Positions 10,746 to 22,340 are shown, counted from the whole stretch's first letter. The stretch: 61,399 nucleotides of DNA, filler included, from 5 parts of 5 records of this genome joined end to end with filler, not necessarily neighbours in it, one strand, 5' to 3'. The notes: generated from the letters alone by a model not told the origin. Numbers and translations: made by a program.

Positions 10746-11851
10746 TCCCGTTTCTCGACCTCAAAGCCATCAATCTGCGCGACGCCGACGCCTATCGCAC
10801 AGCGCTCGACCGCGTGCTCGACAGCGGCTGGCTGATTCTTGGCACAGAAGTAGACCAGTTCGAAAAGGCTTTTGCCGCCTATTGCGGCACGTCCCAGGCG
10901 CTGGGCGTCGGCAATGGTCTCGAAGCTTTGCATCTTGTGCTGCGCGGCTGGGGAATCGGGCCCGGTGACGAAGTCATCGTACCCTCAAACACTTATATCG
11001 CCACTTGGTTGGCTGTAACCTATGCTGGCGCGACGCCCGTCCCGGTGGAACCGGTCCCGGCCACCTACAATATCGATCCTGACGCCATCGAGGCGGCGAT
11101 CACGCCTCGCACACGCGCAATCATCCCCGTCCATCTTTACGGCCAGTGCGCCGATATGACCGCCATCATGGCGATCGCGCACAAGCGCGGGCTCAAAGTC
11201 CTTGAAGATGCAGCGCAATCGCATGGCGCGCGCTGGAACGGCTTTGCCTGCGGTGCGTTAGGCGATGCTGCGGGCTTCAGTTTCTATCCCGGCAAAAATC
11301 TCGGCGCTTTAGGTGATGCGGGCGGCATAACGACCAATGACGCCCACCTCGCTCAGACCCTGACCATGTTGCGCAATTACGGTTCGCGCCGCAAATATGA
11401 AAACGAGGTCGCAGGATTTAACAGCCGGCTCGACGAGCTTCAGGCCGCGTTCCTTGCCGCCAAACTTCCCCGGCTCGACGCGGACAACCAGATCCGCCGC
11501 GCAATCGCCGCAGTCTATTCCGAGGGCCTTGCCGGTATTGATGGCCTGACGCGGCCGGTAGTCGCAGACAAAGCCGAGCCGGTCTGGCATCTTTATGTCG
11601 TGCGCACGCCCGAACGTGACCGGCTGCAAGAGTTCTTGAAGGCGCGCGGCATCGGGACCCTCATTCACTATCCTATCCCCCCGCACCTGCAATCGGCCTA
11701 TGCCGATCTGGGCTTTTCCCGGGGTGCCTTCCCGATCGCAGAGGCCATTCACAACGAGGTCTTGAGCCTCCCCATCGGCCCGACCATGGAGCTCGACGCC
11801 GCCGATACGGTCATCGCCGCGGTACGGGACTTTTTCGGAACGGCCCGGTGA
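10742..11851 (+). CDS. fdtB: DegT/DnrJ sugar 3-aminotransferase (FdtB/QdtB)
   Basis: [32 protein letters not shown]. Confidence 0.92.
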   Translation: MIPFLDLKAINLRDADAYRTALDRVLDSGWLILGTEVDQFEKAFAAYCGTSQALGVGNGLEALHLVLRGWGIGPGDEVIVPSNTYIATWLAVTYAGATPVPVEPVPATYNIDPDAIEAAITPRTRAIIPVHLYGQCADMTAIMAIAHKRGLKVLEDAAQSHGARWNGFACGALGDAAGFSFYPGKNLGALGDAGGITTNDAHLAQTLTMLRNYGSRRKYENEVAGFNSRLDELQAAFLAAKLPRLDADNQIRRAIAAVYSEGLAGIDGLTRPVVADKAEPVWHLYVVRTPERDRLQEFLKARGIGTLIHYPIPPHLQSAYADLGFSRGAFPIAEAIHNEVLSLPIGPTMELDAADTVIAAVRDFFGTAR

Positions 11852-13125
11852 CCCTGATTCGCACTGGGCTCTTGAACGCCATTGCGGTGGTCGTTCGTAT
11901 CCTGAGCATGGTGGCGCTTAACAAAATTCTGGCCATATATGTCGGCCCGTCCGGCTATGCGCTTGTGGGCCAGTTCCAGAGCCTGGTGCAGATGATAACG
12001 ACTTTTGCCAGCGGCGCGGTGGCAACGGGAGTGACCAAGGGCACGGCCGAACATTTCGACGACCCGGAATACCAGATCCGCATCTGGCGCACAGCAGGCA
12101 CCGTCGCAACCATCGGTGCAGTGGGCATCGGCGCAACGCTGATCGTTTTCAACACGGCGTTCGCGCGATCGCTTTTGGCCGATCCTAATCTTGGGATCGT
12201 CTTTATCGCGCTAGCGCTCTCGCTTTTCCCAATCGTCCTCAATTCCCTTCTGCTCGCCATTCTCAACGGCAAGAAGCAGATCTGGCTCTTTGTTGTCATC
12301 AATATCGCTGGCAGCCTGATCGGGCTGGTGACCACGGGCTGGCTCACCGTATTGTTCGGCCTGCCGGGCGCGCTCATCGCACTCTCGGCCAATGTTGCAG
12401 TCGTTTTCCTCATTTCCGCGCTCGTCTGTGCCCGCCAGCCCTGGTTCCGCCTCTCCATGCTGTTTGGGACAATCGATGCCCGGGTGCTTCGCGACCTATT
12501 GAAATACACGGCCATGGCGCTGACCGCTTCCGCCGTGACGCCGTTTGTGCAAATTTTTATCCGCGACCATCTGATCGCCGATTTCGGTGCCGAAAGCGCT
12601 GGCTATTGGGAAGCGCTGATGCGCATTTCCAACCTCTATCTGATGGTCGTCACGGTGCCGCTCTCGGTCTATTATCTTCCGCGCATCGCCGAAATCCGCG
12701 ACATGGCCGAACTGCGCAGCGAGATTGCTTCGGGCTACGCCATCATCCTGCCGGTCACAATTATCGGGGCGCTGGCGATCTTTTTACTGCGCGATTTTAT
12801 CACGCTCGTCCTGTTTACGCCCGATTTTTTGCCTATGCGCGAGCTGTTTTTGTGGCAGATGGTCGGCGACGTGCTCAAAATAGCCGGTTGGCTCTTAGGG
12901 TACGTGCTGATTGCGCGGGGCATGGTAGTGCCCTACATCGTCACCGAGGTGACGTTCGGCGTCTCCTGGTACATCATGGTGCTTGCGCTCACCGAGGTCA
13001 ACGGCCTCCAGGGCGCGCAGATGGCCTACGCCGCCAATTATTCTGCCTATGCCGTCGTACTCGGAGCATATCTTTGGAACAGATCGAAGAGAAGTCAGGC
13101 CAGCCGACGGACAAACCTCTCATGA
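11848..13125 (+). CDS. wzx: O-unit flippase
   Basis: Multi-TM protein; [30 protein letters not shown] as in WzxE-like flippases. Confidence 0.88.
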   Translation: MTLIRTGLLNAIAVVVRILSMVALNKILAIYVGPSGYALVGQFQSLVQMITTFASGAVATGVTKGTAEHFDDPEYQIRIWRTAGTVATIGAVGIGATLIVFNTAFARSLLADPNLGIVFIALALSLFPIVLNSLLLAILNGKKQIWLFVVINIAGSLIGLVTTGWLTVLFGLPGALIALSANVAVVFLISALVCARQPWFRLSMLFGTIDARVLRDLLKYTAMALTASAVTPFVQIFIRDHLIADFGAESAGYWEALMRISNLYLMVVTVPLSVYYLPRIAEIRDMAELRSEIASGYAIILPVTIIGALAIFLLRDFITLVLFTPDFLPMRELFLWQMVGDVLKIAGWLLGYVLIARGMVVPYIVTEVTFGVSWYIMVLALTEVNGLQGAQMAYAANYSAYAVVLGAYLWNRSKRSQASRRTNLS

Positions 13126-14030
13126 CCACCGGTGTGCCCCCTCTGGTTACCGTGTGCATCCCGGCCTACAACCACGAGCGCTACATCGGTCAGGCGATAG
13201 AGGCGATCCTGGACCAGACCTATGCAAATATCGAACTGATAATCGTCGACGACGGATCGCGCGACGCGACTTTTGACACCATCGCGCGATATCGCGGACG
13301 CTGTGTTGCGCGCTGCGTGCGATTCGAGGCCTACACGCGTCCTAATAGAGGCTTGAGCGCTACGCTCAACGAGATGGTCGGCTGGGCACAGGGCAAATAT
13401 CTCGCCCCCATCGCGTCGGACGACATCGCCAGTCCCGAAAAAATCGCCCGACTGGTGGGTGAAATGGAAGCGCGCCCCGAAATCGTCGGTGCGTTCGGCG
13501 CCGTCGCCCTGATTGATGATGACGGCAACTCGAAGGGCACGCTGTCGCGGCCGGGCTTATGGACTTTCGAAGACGTGATTCTGGCCCGCGCCATGATGCC
13601 CGCCCCAACCTCGGTCTTGCGCACCGACGCCGTACGCGCCGTAGGCGGATATGACGAAGATACAATGATCGAGGATTTTTCGCTCTGGCTCAAGCTCACC
13701 CATGACGGCACCGCGCGCCTGATCACGGTCGCGGACATTTTGGCTCAATACCGTCTCCACGAAAACAACATGCACAAGCGCGTGATCGCCATGCATGAGG
13801 GCCGAATGGCCATTCTCGAACGTTATCGTGACCACCCCGCTTATGCACAGGCCCGTTCAACGGCTGTTATCACTGCGGCGCACGAATCCACCCGCCATTC
13901 GCTCACCCAAGCCATGGGACTGCTCAATTCGGCGCCCCACGCCAATTGGCGGACCCGGCTCGCCCTTGTCGTCAAATCGTTGCTGCCCAACACGGTGCTC
14001 GACTGGATGAAAAGAGCGCGAGGGTATTGA
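13122..14030 (+). CDS. GT2 glycosyltransferase
   Basis: IPAYN, VDDGSRD, ASDD, IED. Confidence 0.9.
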   Translation: MTTGVPPLVTVCIPAYNHERYIGQAIEAILDQTYANIELIIVDDGSRDATFDTIARYRGRCVARCVRFEAYTRPNRGLSATLNEMVGWAQGKYLAPIASDDIASPEKIARLVGEMEARPEIVGAFGAVALIDDDGNSKGTLSRPGLWTFEDVILARAMMPAPTSVLRTDAVRAVGGYDEDTMIEDFSLWLKLTHDGTARLITVADILAQYRLHENNMHKRVIAMHEGRMAILERYRDHPAYAQARSTAVITAAHESTRHSLTQAMGLLNSAPHANWRTRLALVVKSLLPNTVLDWMKRARGY

Positions 14031-14953
14031 TGGCGCAAATTTCCATCCTAATCCCAGTCTACAATGTCGCGCGCTTCGTTACCGAAACCCTTGAAAGCGT
14101 GAAGGCCCAGACCTTTGCCGATTTCCAGGCGATAGTTGTCGATGACGGATCGATCGACGATACCGCCGCCATTGCGCGCGAGATCTGCGCGACCGATCCC
14201 CGCTTCGTCTTTGCCGCCAATCCTGAAAATCGCGGAATCGCCGATACGCTCAACCACGCCCTCTCGCTGGCCGATGGTCAATTCATCGCGCGCGCCGATG
14301 GCGACGATGTCATGATACCCGATCGCCTCGAACGCGAGATGGCCTTCCTTGACGCCCACCCGGAAATCGCGCTGGTCGGCGCCTCGTTTATCGCCATCGA
14401 CGAGGAGGGCAACGAACTGCGCCGCGAAGTCAAGGCGAACGGTCCCAAAACCATTCGCGACCTTTTGCGCTTCACATCTCCCATTGCCCATATCTGGCTG
14501 GCCCGCCGCGCTGTCTACGACGCGCTGGGCGGCTATCGCATGTCGAGCGTTGAAGACTATGATTTCCTCCTACGCGCCGACCGCGCCGGGTTAGCCATGG
14601 ACAATATCGCCGATTATTTCTCCATGAAGGTGCGCGTGCGGCGCGGCAATACGCTCACTACAAAAGGCTATGCTCAAGCCCGGCTGCATGAATACGCCTG
14701 GCACTTGCACAAAAACGCGCAGCCGGGTGAGCCTGATGCCTATGATCAAGACAAGGTCGAGGCTATTCTGGCCGACGACGGGTCATCGTTCATGGCGCGC
14801 ATGCACAATCACTCGTCTCAATTGGCAATGGCAGCTTCAGGGTCGCAGAACCGTTGGGCGCGCCTTCTGCTTTATGCCGGAGCGGCGGGCCTGTCTCCCT
14901 ATCGCGCCCGATATTTTTTGCGCCGCTTCTTGGAAAAATCGGGCCTGAGATGA
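14030..14953 (+). CDS. GT2 glycosyltransferase
   Basis: IPVYN, VDDGS, RADGDD, EDYD. Confidence 0.9.
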   Translation: MAQISILIPVYNVARFVTETLESVKAQTFADFQAIVVDDGSIDDTAAIAREICATDPRFVFAANPENRGIADTLNHALSLADGQFIARADGDDVMIPDRLEREMAFLDAHPEIALVGASFIAIDEEGNELRREVKANGPKTIRDLLRFTSPIAHIWLARRAVYDALGGYRMSSVEDYDFLLRADRAGLAMDNIADYFSMKVRVRRGNTLTTKGYAQARLHEYAWHLHKNAQPGEPDAYDQDKVEAILADDGSSFMARMHNHSSQLAMAASGSQNRWARLLLYAGAAGLSPYRARYFLRRFLEKSGLR

Positions 14954-15429
14954 ACACCATGACGAAAATTTTCGAGGTGTCGGCCACGCATCTCGTGGTC
15001 CTGCCGATGATCGGCCAAGATTCCAGTTTCCTCTGCAAATTCTATGTGTTCGATGTGTATTGGCAATATCGCGGCGACACCGGACTTGTCCTTAATCTAG
15101 TCGGAGACGGTTTCAGTTCGACCGTGGAAATCATGGGCGTGGGCGCCCACAACATTGTTGTGACCTACGGCCTGGAGACCGGCTGGCTGCTGCGGGGGGG
15201 GGGTGTTCTTTTTTGGCTCTCGCATACCGGCCGCGTGCCCGTCGCCTGGATGATGATGCCGGGATGGCTGGTCAACGGCGTTTCGCTGACAAGGTTTGCC
15301 ATGTCCCATCTCTGTGTCGCTGCGGCTCTGCTTGCTGTCTTGCCCGTAATCAGGATGCCCCGACACGAAACAGCGCCCCTCAAAACGCTGCCACAACAGC
15401 ACCGGGATTCAGTATCAGCCTATGGCTAA
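14950..15429 (+). pseudogene. Internally deleted Wzy-like polymerase (C-terminal remnant)
   Basis: 159 aa, overlapping both neighbours; DSSFLCK..W..GDG..AHNIVVTYGLETG matches the C-terminus of ORF 18971-20107. Confidence 0.65.
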
Positions 15430-16549
15430 TGTGCTCTATCTCGCATCCACGCTCGAGCGCTGTGGCCCTGTCAACCAGCTCTACGACCTCATCGCCAGTC
15501 TCGATAGGACGCGTTTCGCCCCGCTCGTGGTAACGCTTTCACCCGAGCCGGCAACGACGCGCGCGCCCGATTTCGAGGCCTTAGGGGTCAAGGTGCTCAG
15601 CCTTGGACTATCCAGGATAAAAGGCCTTTCGCGCGCCAGACCTGCTATTCAAAGTATCATCAGGCACCACAACATCGCTCTTGTGCACAGTCAGGGCTTT
15701 CGCAGCGATATACTGACATCGCGCCTTGCAGGGCCTGTGCGCGTAGCGACGATCCACAATTATCCGTCAGAGGACTATCGGCGCACCTATGGCGTCCTCA
15801 AAGGGTTCCTGATGGCGCTTATGCACCTTCGCGCCGCCCGACACCTTGACGCCGTCATCGGCGTCTCAACCGCGGTGAGCGAAAATTTGATCACAGCCCA
15901 CGGTCTGTCCGATGCGCAGCCTATCGCCAATGGTGTCGACACAAGGGCTTTTACACCTGCCGACCGGGAGGAAAAACATGCGCTGCGCCAAACGCTGGGC
16001 CTGCCGCAATTGACTACCCTTTGGGTTTCGGCCGGGCACCTGTCCCAGCGGAAGGACCCGCTAACGCTTATCAGGGCCTGGCGCGCCGCATCGACATCGG
16101 GCGATGACCGCTGCCTCCTGATGCTGGGCGACGGCCCCCTGATGGCGGACTGTAAGGCAGCAGCCGGCGCCGACCCCTCGATCCGGTTTGCCGGCAATCT
16201 GCCCTCTATCACCGATCATCTGCGCGCTTCGGATATCTTTGTCTCCGCGTCGCGGGCAGAGGGCCTACCGCTCGCCACACTAGAAGCCATGGCATGCGGA
16301 TTGACCCTGCGTCTCTCAGAGATTGCTCCGCATCGCGAGGTGTGGGAAACAGATTCAACGATGGGCGTTCTATTTCCGGTCGGTAACGAGACTGCACTGG
16401 CTGGCTTGATTGCCGAGGCCTGCGCTGAGAAGATTGCGACCGCCGCCGCCGCTGCACGACAAATGGCTGAAACACGGTTTAGCGCACAGACGATGACAAA
16501 CGGCTACATGAATTTCTATGACAGGCTGCTTCGGGGACGTCGCGTTTGA
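15422..16549 (+). CDS. GT4 glycosyltransferase
   Basis: IANGVD, RKD, SRAEGLPLATLEAMACG. Confidence 0.92.
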   Translation: MANVLYLASTLERCGPVNQLYDLIASLDRTRFAPLVVTLSPEPATTRAPDFEALGVKVLSLGLSRIKGLSRARPAIQSIIRHHNIALVHSQGFRSDILTSRLAGPVRVATIHNYPSEDYRRTYGVLKGFLMALMHLRAARHLDAVIGVSTAVSENLITAHGLSDAQPIANGVDTRAFTPADREEKHALRQTLGLPQLTTLWVSAGHLSQRKDPLTLIRAWRAASTSGDDRCLLMLGDGPLMADCKAAAGADPSIRFAGNLPSITDHLRASDIFVSASRAEGLPLATLEAMACGLTLRLSEIAPHREVWETDSTMGVLFPVGNETALAGLIAEACAEKIATAAAAARQMAETRFSAQTMTNGYMNFYDRLLRGRRV

Positions 16550-17361
16550 AGCTCTCGGTTCTCATGTCGGTCTACGCTAAGGAACGGCCCAATTATTTGG
16601 CCGAAGCACTTGAAAGCCTCCTGCATCAGACCCGGCCGCCCGACGAGATTGTATTGGTCGAAGATGGCCCGATACCCGAGTCCCTGACTGAAGTGATCGA
16701 CGGCTTTCGCGACAGGCTGCCCATCTGTTCGGTTCCAATGGCCCGCAACATGGGCCTGGGCGCCGCGTTGACGTCTGGCCTTACGGCCGCCAGCGGCGAT
16801 CTTGTCGCGCGTCTCGATACCGACGATCATGCCATGCCCGAACGGTTCGCGCGCCAGCTGGCCGCCTTCGCATCTCAGCCTGAGCTGGACGTCGTGGGCA
16901 GCTATGCCACCGAAATGGACGCCGAGGGCGTGCTAGGCAAGGTTCGCGTCATGCCGCTCGATCACGAACAGATCTATCGCACCCTGTGGGCCAACCCCAT
17001 CATCCATCCCTCGGTCATGTTCAGGCGCGAATCGATCATTGCAATAGGCGGCTACTCGGCAGAAGCGCCGCGCTGCGAAGATTATGAACTATGGATCCGC
17101 GCTGCGGCAACCGGGTTAAAGTTTGCAAACATTGCTGAACCGCTTATCGAATACAGGTTTACCCCGGAAACCCACAGACGCCACTCGCGGCAAAACTTGT
17201 GGCAACAAGGCATCATCGGTATGTGCGGGTCGCGCCGGCTCGGTCTGCCCGTTTGGAAACAGCTTGCCTGCTTTGTCCCCTTTGCACGCAGCCTTCTACC
17301 CATAGCCTTCCAGCACCGGGTTTATCGGATGTTGGAACACGTGGATCCGAGGCGCAGTTAG
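16546..17361 (+). CDS. GT2 glycosyltransferase (AmsE/WbbD-like)
   Basis: SVLMSVYAKE, VEDGP, RLDTDD, HPSVMFR, EDYELW. Confidence 0.9.
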   Translation: MKLSVLMSVYAKERPNYLAEALESLLHQTRPPDEIVLVEDGPIPESLTEVIDGFRDRLPICSVPMARNMGLGAALTSGLTAASGDLVARLDTDDHAMPERFARQLAAFASQPELDVVGSYATEMDAEGVLGKVRVMPLDHEQIYRTLWANPIIHPSVMFRRESIIAIGGYSAEAPRCEDYELWIRAAATGLKFANIAEPLIEYRFTPETHRRHSRQNLWQQGIIGMCGSRRLGLPVWKQLACFVPFARSLLPIAFQHRVYRMLEHVDPRRS

Positions 17362-17456
17362 CGGGCCGGTCACATCGTCCATCTGCGGGAGTTGACAATC
17401 TTTGGACCATACCCGCATGAGACTCCAGTATAACATACAATCGGCAGTTGAAATCC

Positions 17457-18782
17457 ATGGCTCCCAAACAGCGCCGTCACGGCCAGACCATCGACAGTAT
17501 TTATCGCAGCGATAATCTGGCCCAGTTGATGAGCATGGGCGCCAAGACAAGCCGGCACAGATATCTGCAGGATTTCAAGAGCTTTGGCTTTGCCTTGGTT
17601 CTGGCGCTGATCGCGCAAACAGCGATCTATGTTACCCTTGGCACGCGCTATGGCGACCCTCACTGGCCAGCTGTCATCGTCGTGTGCCTAGTAATGATCG
17701 GCGTTCCGCTTCTGAGCGCCTTTACGCTAACAGCCTTCCGGCGGACGGCTGCGCCGATCGTTACGACGGTTCTGGTCACCGCCATATATTTCAGCTTTGC
17801 GGTGACATTTCTCTCAGCCTTCCGCGTCTCGGTCAGCTATCTAGCGCTCGCCGTCGTATTCCCGGTGACTGCCGCCATCGTGTCTCTAGGCAATATCCGG
17901 TTTCAAAGCGCAATTTTTTCCCATGTCGCTTTGATCAGGTTCGAAGGGGATGCAGCCGTTAGGCAGTTGCTCACCTCCGCGCATGTTACCTCCATCACCG
18001 ATCCCAAAGCCGACATCTCCAATTTCGACGTGGTGGTCATTGATCCCGTCCAGCATCACAGCGAGGAATGGTCAGCGCTGCTGGCCCGGTGCTATCTGAG
18101 CGGTGTGGAGATCATGCCCTGGTCGAAGTTTCTCGAAGTGCGCTTCGGGCGGGTCGACATCGCCCAGTTCGACCTGACGAGGCTCAATTATGATCCGAGC
18201 CAACGGCTATACGCCCGCATCAAGCGGATCCTCGATATTTTAGCTGTCCTTGTCACCTTGCCATTGACATTGCTCCTGGCCGCCGTCGTTGCGGCTTATG
18301 TCTTCCTGCGCGATGGCGGCCCGGTGATGTTTGTCCAGCACCGCCGCGGTCAGGGCGGATGCACGTTCCGTCTCTATAAGTTCCGGACGATGTACAAGGG
18401 CACCGGCGGAGGATCGACAGCGTCGGGCGACAACCGCATCATTCCCGGCTGCGGATTTTTTCGCCGGACGCGCCTTGATGAATTGCCGCAGATCTACAAC
18501 ATCCTGCGCGGGGAAATGACATTGATCGGCCCCCGTCCGGTTGCGATGTATGTCGCCAAGGCCGCAGAAACTCTGGAACCGCGGTACAATCTACGCACAC
18601 TTGTACTTCCTGGCATTACAGGATGGGCACAGGTCAATTCCGGTTACGCGGAGACTGCCGAAGAAGAGATTACAAAACTCGCCTACGATCTCTATTATAT
18701 TAAGCACTTTTCCCTCGACCTCGATATGCAAATTCTATTTCGGACCGTCAAAACTGTGGTTTTTGGTTTCGGTGCCCGCTGA
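17457..18782 (+). CDS. Priming polyprenyl-phosphate sugar phosphotransferase
   Basis: N-terminal TMs; KFRTM, LDELPQ, IGPRP, PGITGWAQV, YDLYYI. Confidence 0.93.
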   Translation: MAPKQRRHGQTIDSIYRSDNLAQLMSMGAKTSRHRYLQDFKSFGFALVLALIAQTAIYVTLGTRYGDPHWPAVIVVCLVMIGVPLLSAFTLTAFRRTAAPIVTTVLVTAIYFSFAVTFLSAFRVSVSYLALAVVFPVTAAIVSLGNIRFQSAIFSHVALIRFEGDAAVRQLLTSAHVTSITDPKADISNFDVVVIDPVQHHSEEWSALLARCYLSGVEIMPWSKFLEVRFGRVDIAQFDLTRLNYDPSQRLYARIKRILDILAVLVTLPLTLLLAAVVAAYVFLRDGGPVMFVQHRRGQGGCTFRLYKFRTMYKGTGGGSTASGDNRIIPGCGFFRRTRLDELPQIYNILRGEMTLIGPRPVAMYVAKAAETLEPRYNLRTLVLPGITGWAQVNSGYAETAEEEITKLAYDLYYIKHFSLDLDMQILFRTVKTVVFGFGAR

Positions 18783-18970
18783 CATTGGTGTAATCCGTCA
18801 GATAATTCCTTGCAACGATGCGCTTTTTTGAACCTGACGCAAGGCGTGTCCTAGGGCCCACTCCGCAAAAGAACGTTCAGATGGATGCCGTCTGTCATGA
18901 GCACTGGGCTTGCGCTCCGCCCATATTCCAGCGATAAACTATATCTTGTCCCTAACATTGAAGCACTCGC

Positions 18971-20107
18971 GTGAAAATTAGCTTCAGCACTTTCATATTG
19001 CTGTTCCTCCTATCTGCAAGCTTCGCGTACACGACTAAGTTGTTTCTTAGCCCAGTCTACATCCTCCTCCCTCTCGGGGCCGGCTTGGCATTTCTGGTGA
19101 TTATCGCTCGGGGCGATAGCTTTCGTGCTCCTTTTCCTTCTGACGTCACCTTTCCCTTATTACTCGCTGCCTACGCCATCGTCGCAAACGAGGCGAAGTT
19201 TGGTCCGGAGCTGACTAACTTTTCGTTGGCGATGGTGGGATACGTCACAGCCAGGATGCTGGCGGTTAACGCTTCGTCGGCACAACTCAATGCCGCCTTC
19301 AAAATTGGCGGCTGGATATGCGTGGCGGCCCTCGCACTTGATACAGTCTATCGCCTACAGCATCCGCAGGCTCCAAATGAGGCGATGTATACCGAGCTAA
19401 TCGGGACCAACTTGGAGTTTTACCTCTACAAATTCGGTTCGTTAATGTTTGCGGACTCAAACACGGTGGCGCTGGTCGCGCTCTGCTTCATTGGGCTTGG
19501 GACTTACATTAGAGCTATCGGTGGCCCACGGAATACCATCTTGCTAATGGCGTTTGCTGCGATCGTGCTGTCGACATTCTCGCGATCTGCTTACGTAGCT
19601 CTAGCTGCCTTGGCAGTGGTCGCGATCCTATCTCAGTTCACGCGTGTCGCTCGGACAGTGCTTGTGTGTTTAGCTGGCGCAGCGAGTTGCCTCATTTTAA
19701 TGACTGTCGTGCCCTCATCTCTGGACGGCAGCCTTCTCACAAAGATCGGGATATTGAACAACGCTTGGGAAATTGCGGGGCAGGTTAGCCTAAACGAGTG
19801 GTTGTTCGGCATCGGACTTGGACAAACCGAAAGCTACACTTATACACCTGCACACGTGCTCCCCGTGACCTATGTCTCCGAAATGGGAGTGGTGGGATCG
19901 CTTCTCGTTCTGATGTGGCTAGCGCAACTGATTGCTAAGAACAGGACCATTCTTCTATTTCTATTGCCCATCACGGTCGCCAGCATGTCTTATTTCCTTT
20001 ATGCTGGAACAGCATTCTTCACCGTTCCTTTGGCCTTGGCTGTAGCATTTTCTCGATCCAGCAACGGCACATGTGTAACGGCACTGCCACAGAATCGACC
20101 ATCCTGA
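18971..20107 (+). CDS. Putative Wzy O-antigen polymerase
   Basis: About 10 TM segments, TFSRSA, FGIGLG..AH..SEMG pattern of Wzy/O-antigen ligase-like proteins. Confidence 0.7.
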   Translation: MKISFSTFILLFLLSASFAYTTKLFLSPVYILLPLGAGLAFLVIIARGDSFRAPFPSDVTFPLLLAAYAIVANEAKFGPELTNFSLAMVGYVTARMLAVNASSAQLNAAFKIGGWICVAALALDTVYRLQHPQAPNEAMYTELIGTNLEFYLYKFGSLMFADSNTVALVALCFIGLGTYIRAIGGPRNTILLMAFAAIVLSTFSRSAYVALAALAVVAILSQFTRVARTVLVCLAGAASCLILMTVVPSSLDGSLLTKIGILNNAWEIAGQVSLNEWLFGIGLGQTESYTYTPAHVLPVTYVSEMGVVGSLLVLMWLAQLIAKNRTILLFLLPITVASMSYFLYAGTAFFTVPLALAVAFSRSSNGTCVTALPQNRPS

Positions 20108-20264
20108 TCAGCCCTCTCCTCTAGCTGACGGCAATGCTTGGTCTTGAAGTCGGCTTCGCTCGATCTTTTTTGCGGCCGTTGAGCTAGCATACGGCCCAGC
20201 CCTTCGATAAGGTGAAATAATCGTTGTGACTAAAAATTGACATCGGGCAATAGAAGCAGATGAT

Positions 20265-21623
20265 ATGCTAGAATCAACAGTTCGAACTCTGATGTTCAGA
20301 AGCGCCATCATCCTTGCGTTTTTGTTAACGACTGCACTTATATTTTCGTTGGGGTCAAGCGGCTTTCCAGTTGTTGACGATTTTTGTAATATGTTCCTAA
20401 TTTCTGACAGCGAAAATCTGCTGGCGTGGATTGGCCACACATATTTCAATTGGACTGGCCGCCTGCTTACGACCAGCTTGGCGGGCCTACTGCTCTCGGT
20501 TCCCCTGCCTTTCTTGCCTTTCATAATGGCGTCTTTAGGCTTACTAGCCTTAGCGGTAGCGATCTTGACGATTTCAGTTTTGCGTCCGCAACTGCCTCCG
20601 GATCAAGTGATTGCGCTTGGTTTGGCTCTTTTGGCTTTGTGGTGGGGCATTTCGGGCAGCTCAGTTGGGGAGACAGTCTTCTGGGTGACCGGCGGAACGG
20701 TTTACTTGATACCCCTGTTTCTGCTCATGGGGTCAGCTTGGGTGGTCCCTGCCATCTCAAACTCTCCAACATCGCTTCTTATCAGAGCGGGCACGTTGTT
20801 TATCTGGGGGGCAGTTGTTGGAAATGGGCACGAGCTGCTGATTATACCATCAGCTGTCTGTCTGAGCATTTTCGCTTGGAAAGCAAAGCAGCAGCGGAAC
20901 ATTCTCACGACAGCCGTAGTTTTCGGTGTTTTTATAGGTGCGATCATCCTGATAGTTGCGCCGGGTAATTTTGAAAGAGGAGCGGCAACACCTGGGTCGA
21001 TGTCTCTCGACCCGGTGGTGATGGCAGTTGCATTTTTCTGGCTACTGGTCAGCTTGGTCGCGCAGCTGGGCCCAGTTGGGTGGCTCAGTCTCTTGGCCCT
21101 GATAGGTACTACCGCTGTCGATGCATTGCGCGTTTGGCGGAACACTGGACACTTATTTGGCGCTGGCTGGATGCGGTTCCTGCCTGCAGGACTGGTGTTG
21201 TTAGGAGCTACTGCTTACTTGCCAATGGCTGCTGCGGCAGGACTAACTTCCGAACGAGTGTATGTGTATTTTGAGTTTACCCTAGCAGCAGCGGTCGTAC
21301 TCATGCTGTCTGACAAGCTAATAAACGGCAGAGGCGCCTCGACTGTTGCAACTATCATTGGTGCGCTAAGCGGGGTCGCTTTTGCCGTGATGGTTTGGCC
21401 ACAGCTTGCTGTGGCGGCAACGGCTTCAGCCAAATTTTGGGATCGTCATGAGCGGTTGCTTTTGTCAGCGGAGCGGGAAATTCAAGTTACACCCCTAATA
21501 GAAGGCGAATCGCCGATGTTTCTTCACACGAGAGATATCACCTCTGACCCGTCAAATTGGACAAATATGTGCATATCGCTATACTATAAAATAGATGCAG
21601 TCGAGCTTAGAAGCGGAGCGTAG
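20265..21623 (+). CDS. Polytopic membrane protein, DUF6056-like / putative GT-C
   Basis: Early DD motif, YFNWTGRL, FWVTGG..Y, APGNFER; many TMs. Confidence 0.6.
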   Translation: MLESTVRTLMFRSAIILAFLLTTALIFSLGSSGFPVVDDFCNMFLISDSENLLAWIGHTYFNWTGRLLTTSLAGLLLSVPLPFLPFIMASLGLLALAVAILTISVLRPQLPPDQVIALGLALLALWWGISGSSVGETVFWVTGGTVYLIPLFLLMGSAWVVPAISNSPTSLLIRAGTLFIWGAVVGNGHELLIIPSAVCLSIFAWKAKQQRNILTTAVVFGVFIGAIILIVAPGNFERGAATPGSMSLDPVVMAVAFFWLLVSLVAQLGPVGWLSLLALIGTTAVDALRVWRNTGHLFGAGWMRFLPAGLVLLGATAYLPMAAAAGLTSERVYVYFEFTLAAAVVLMLSDKLINGRGASTVATIIGALSGVAFAVMVWPQLAVAATASAKFWDRHERLLLSAEREIQVTPLIEGESPMFLHTRDITSDPSNWTNMCISLYYKIDAVELRSGA

Positions 21624-21653
21624 AGGCAGCCAGTCAGTCATCGATAGTTCGGG

Positions 21654-22340
21654 TGACGTTGCCCAGGTTCTATCCAGTGTGAAGTAGACTCCGACAGCTG
21701 GCGAGCGGGTTTGTTCCCGATAGCGCTATGTGCGCGGATCTCGTTGCTGTCACTTCTCCACCTTCATCCTGGCGTCGTCAAGGCTGAGGAGCCAGTGGAC
21801 GTTCAGGCACTCGGCTCGGAACCTGCCGTTGAAAGACTCGACAAAGGCATTATCCAGGGCCTTGCCCGACCGGCTGAAGTCAAGCACGACGCCCTTCTGG
21901 TGGGCCCATAAGTCAAGGTCACGCGAGATGAACTCGAAACCCCCTATCAACCCATATCGACTGCGGATAACCGACTTGGCGGCATACCCTTTCTAATGCC
22001 AGAACCACGTCCTCGCCACAGTTGCTGCAGTTCGGATCAACCGCCGGCGAGAAACGCGAGAAGGTGTCCACGATTGCAGGATGCGCAGCGTTCGCCCGTC
22101 GCCAGTTGGTCGTGAACGAAGTCCACGGCCCAGACCTGATTGGTCATTGTTGCTGTCGTCCGGCCGTCGCGGAGCTTGGCTTTAACCCCTCGCTTGCGCA
22201 CGTTGTTTCGCAACTGCGGACCCATTTCCTTGTACAGACGATAGATACTCTTGGGGTCTACGTCCCAGCCCCCCCCCGGCAACAGCACGTGCATCCGAGA
22301 CGACATCATGGGCGCCGAGGCAGGCCTCCTCCTACTTGAT
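21654..22340 (-). mobile_element. IS3-family remnant, frameshifted, with right IR
   Basis: WAVDFVHDQLATG; EFISRDLDLWA..DNAFVESFNGRFRAECLN; terminal TGACGTTGCCC at 21654; far end approximate. Confidence 0.85.
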
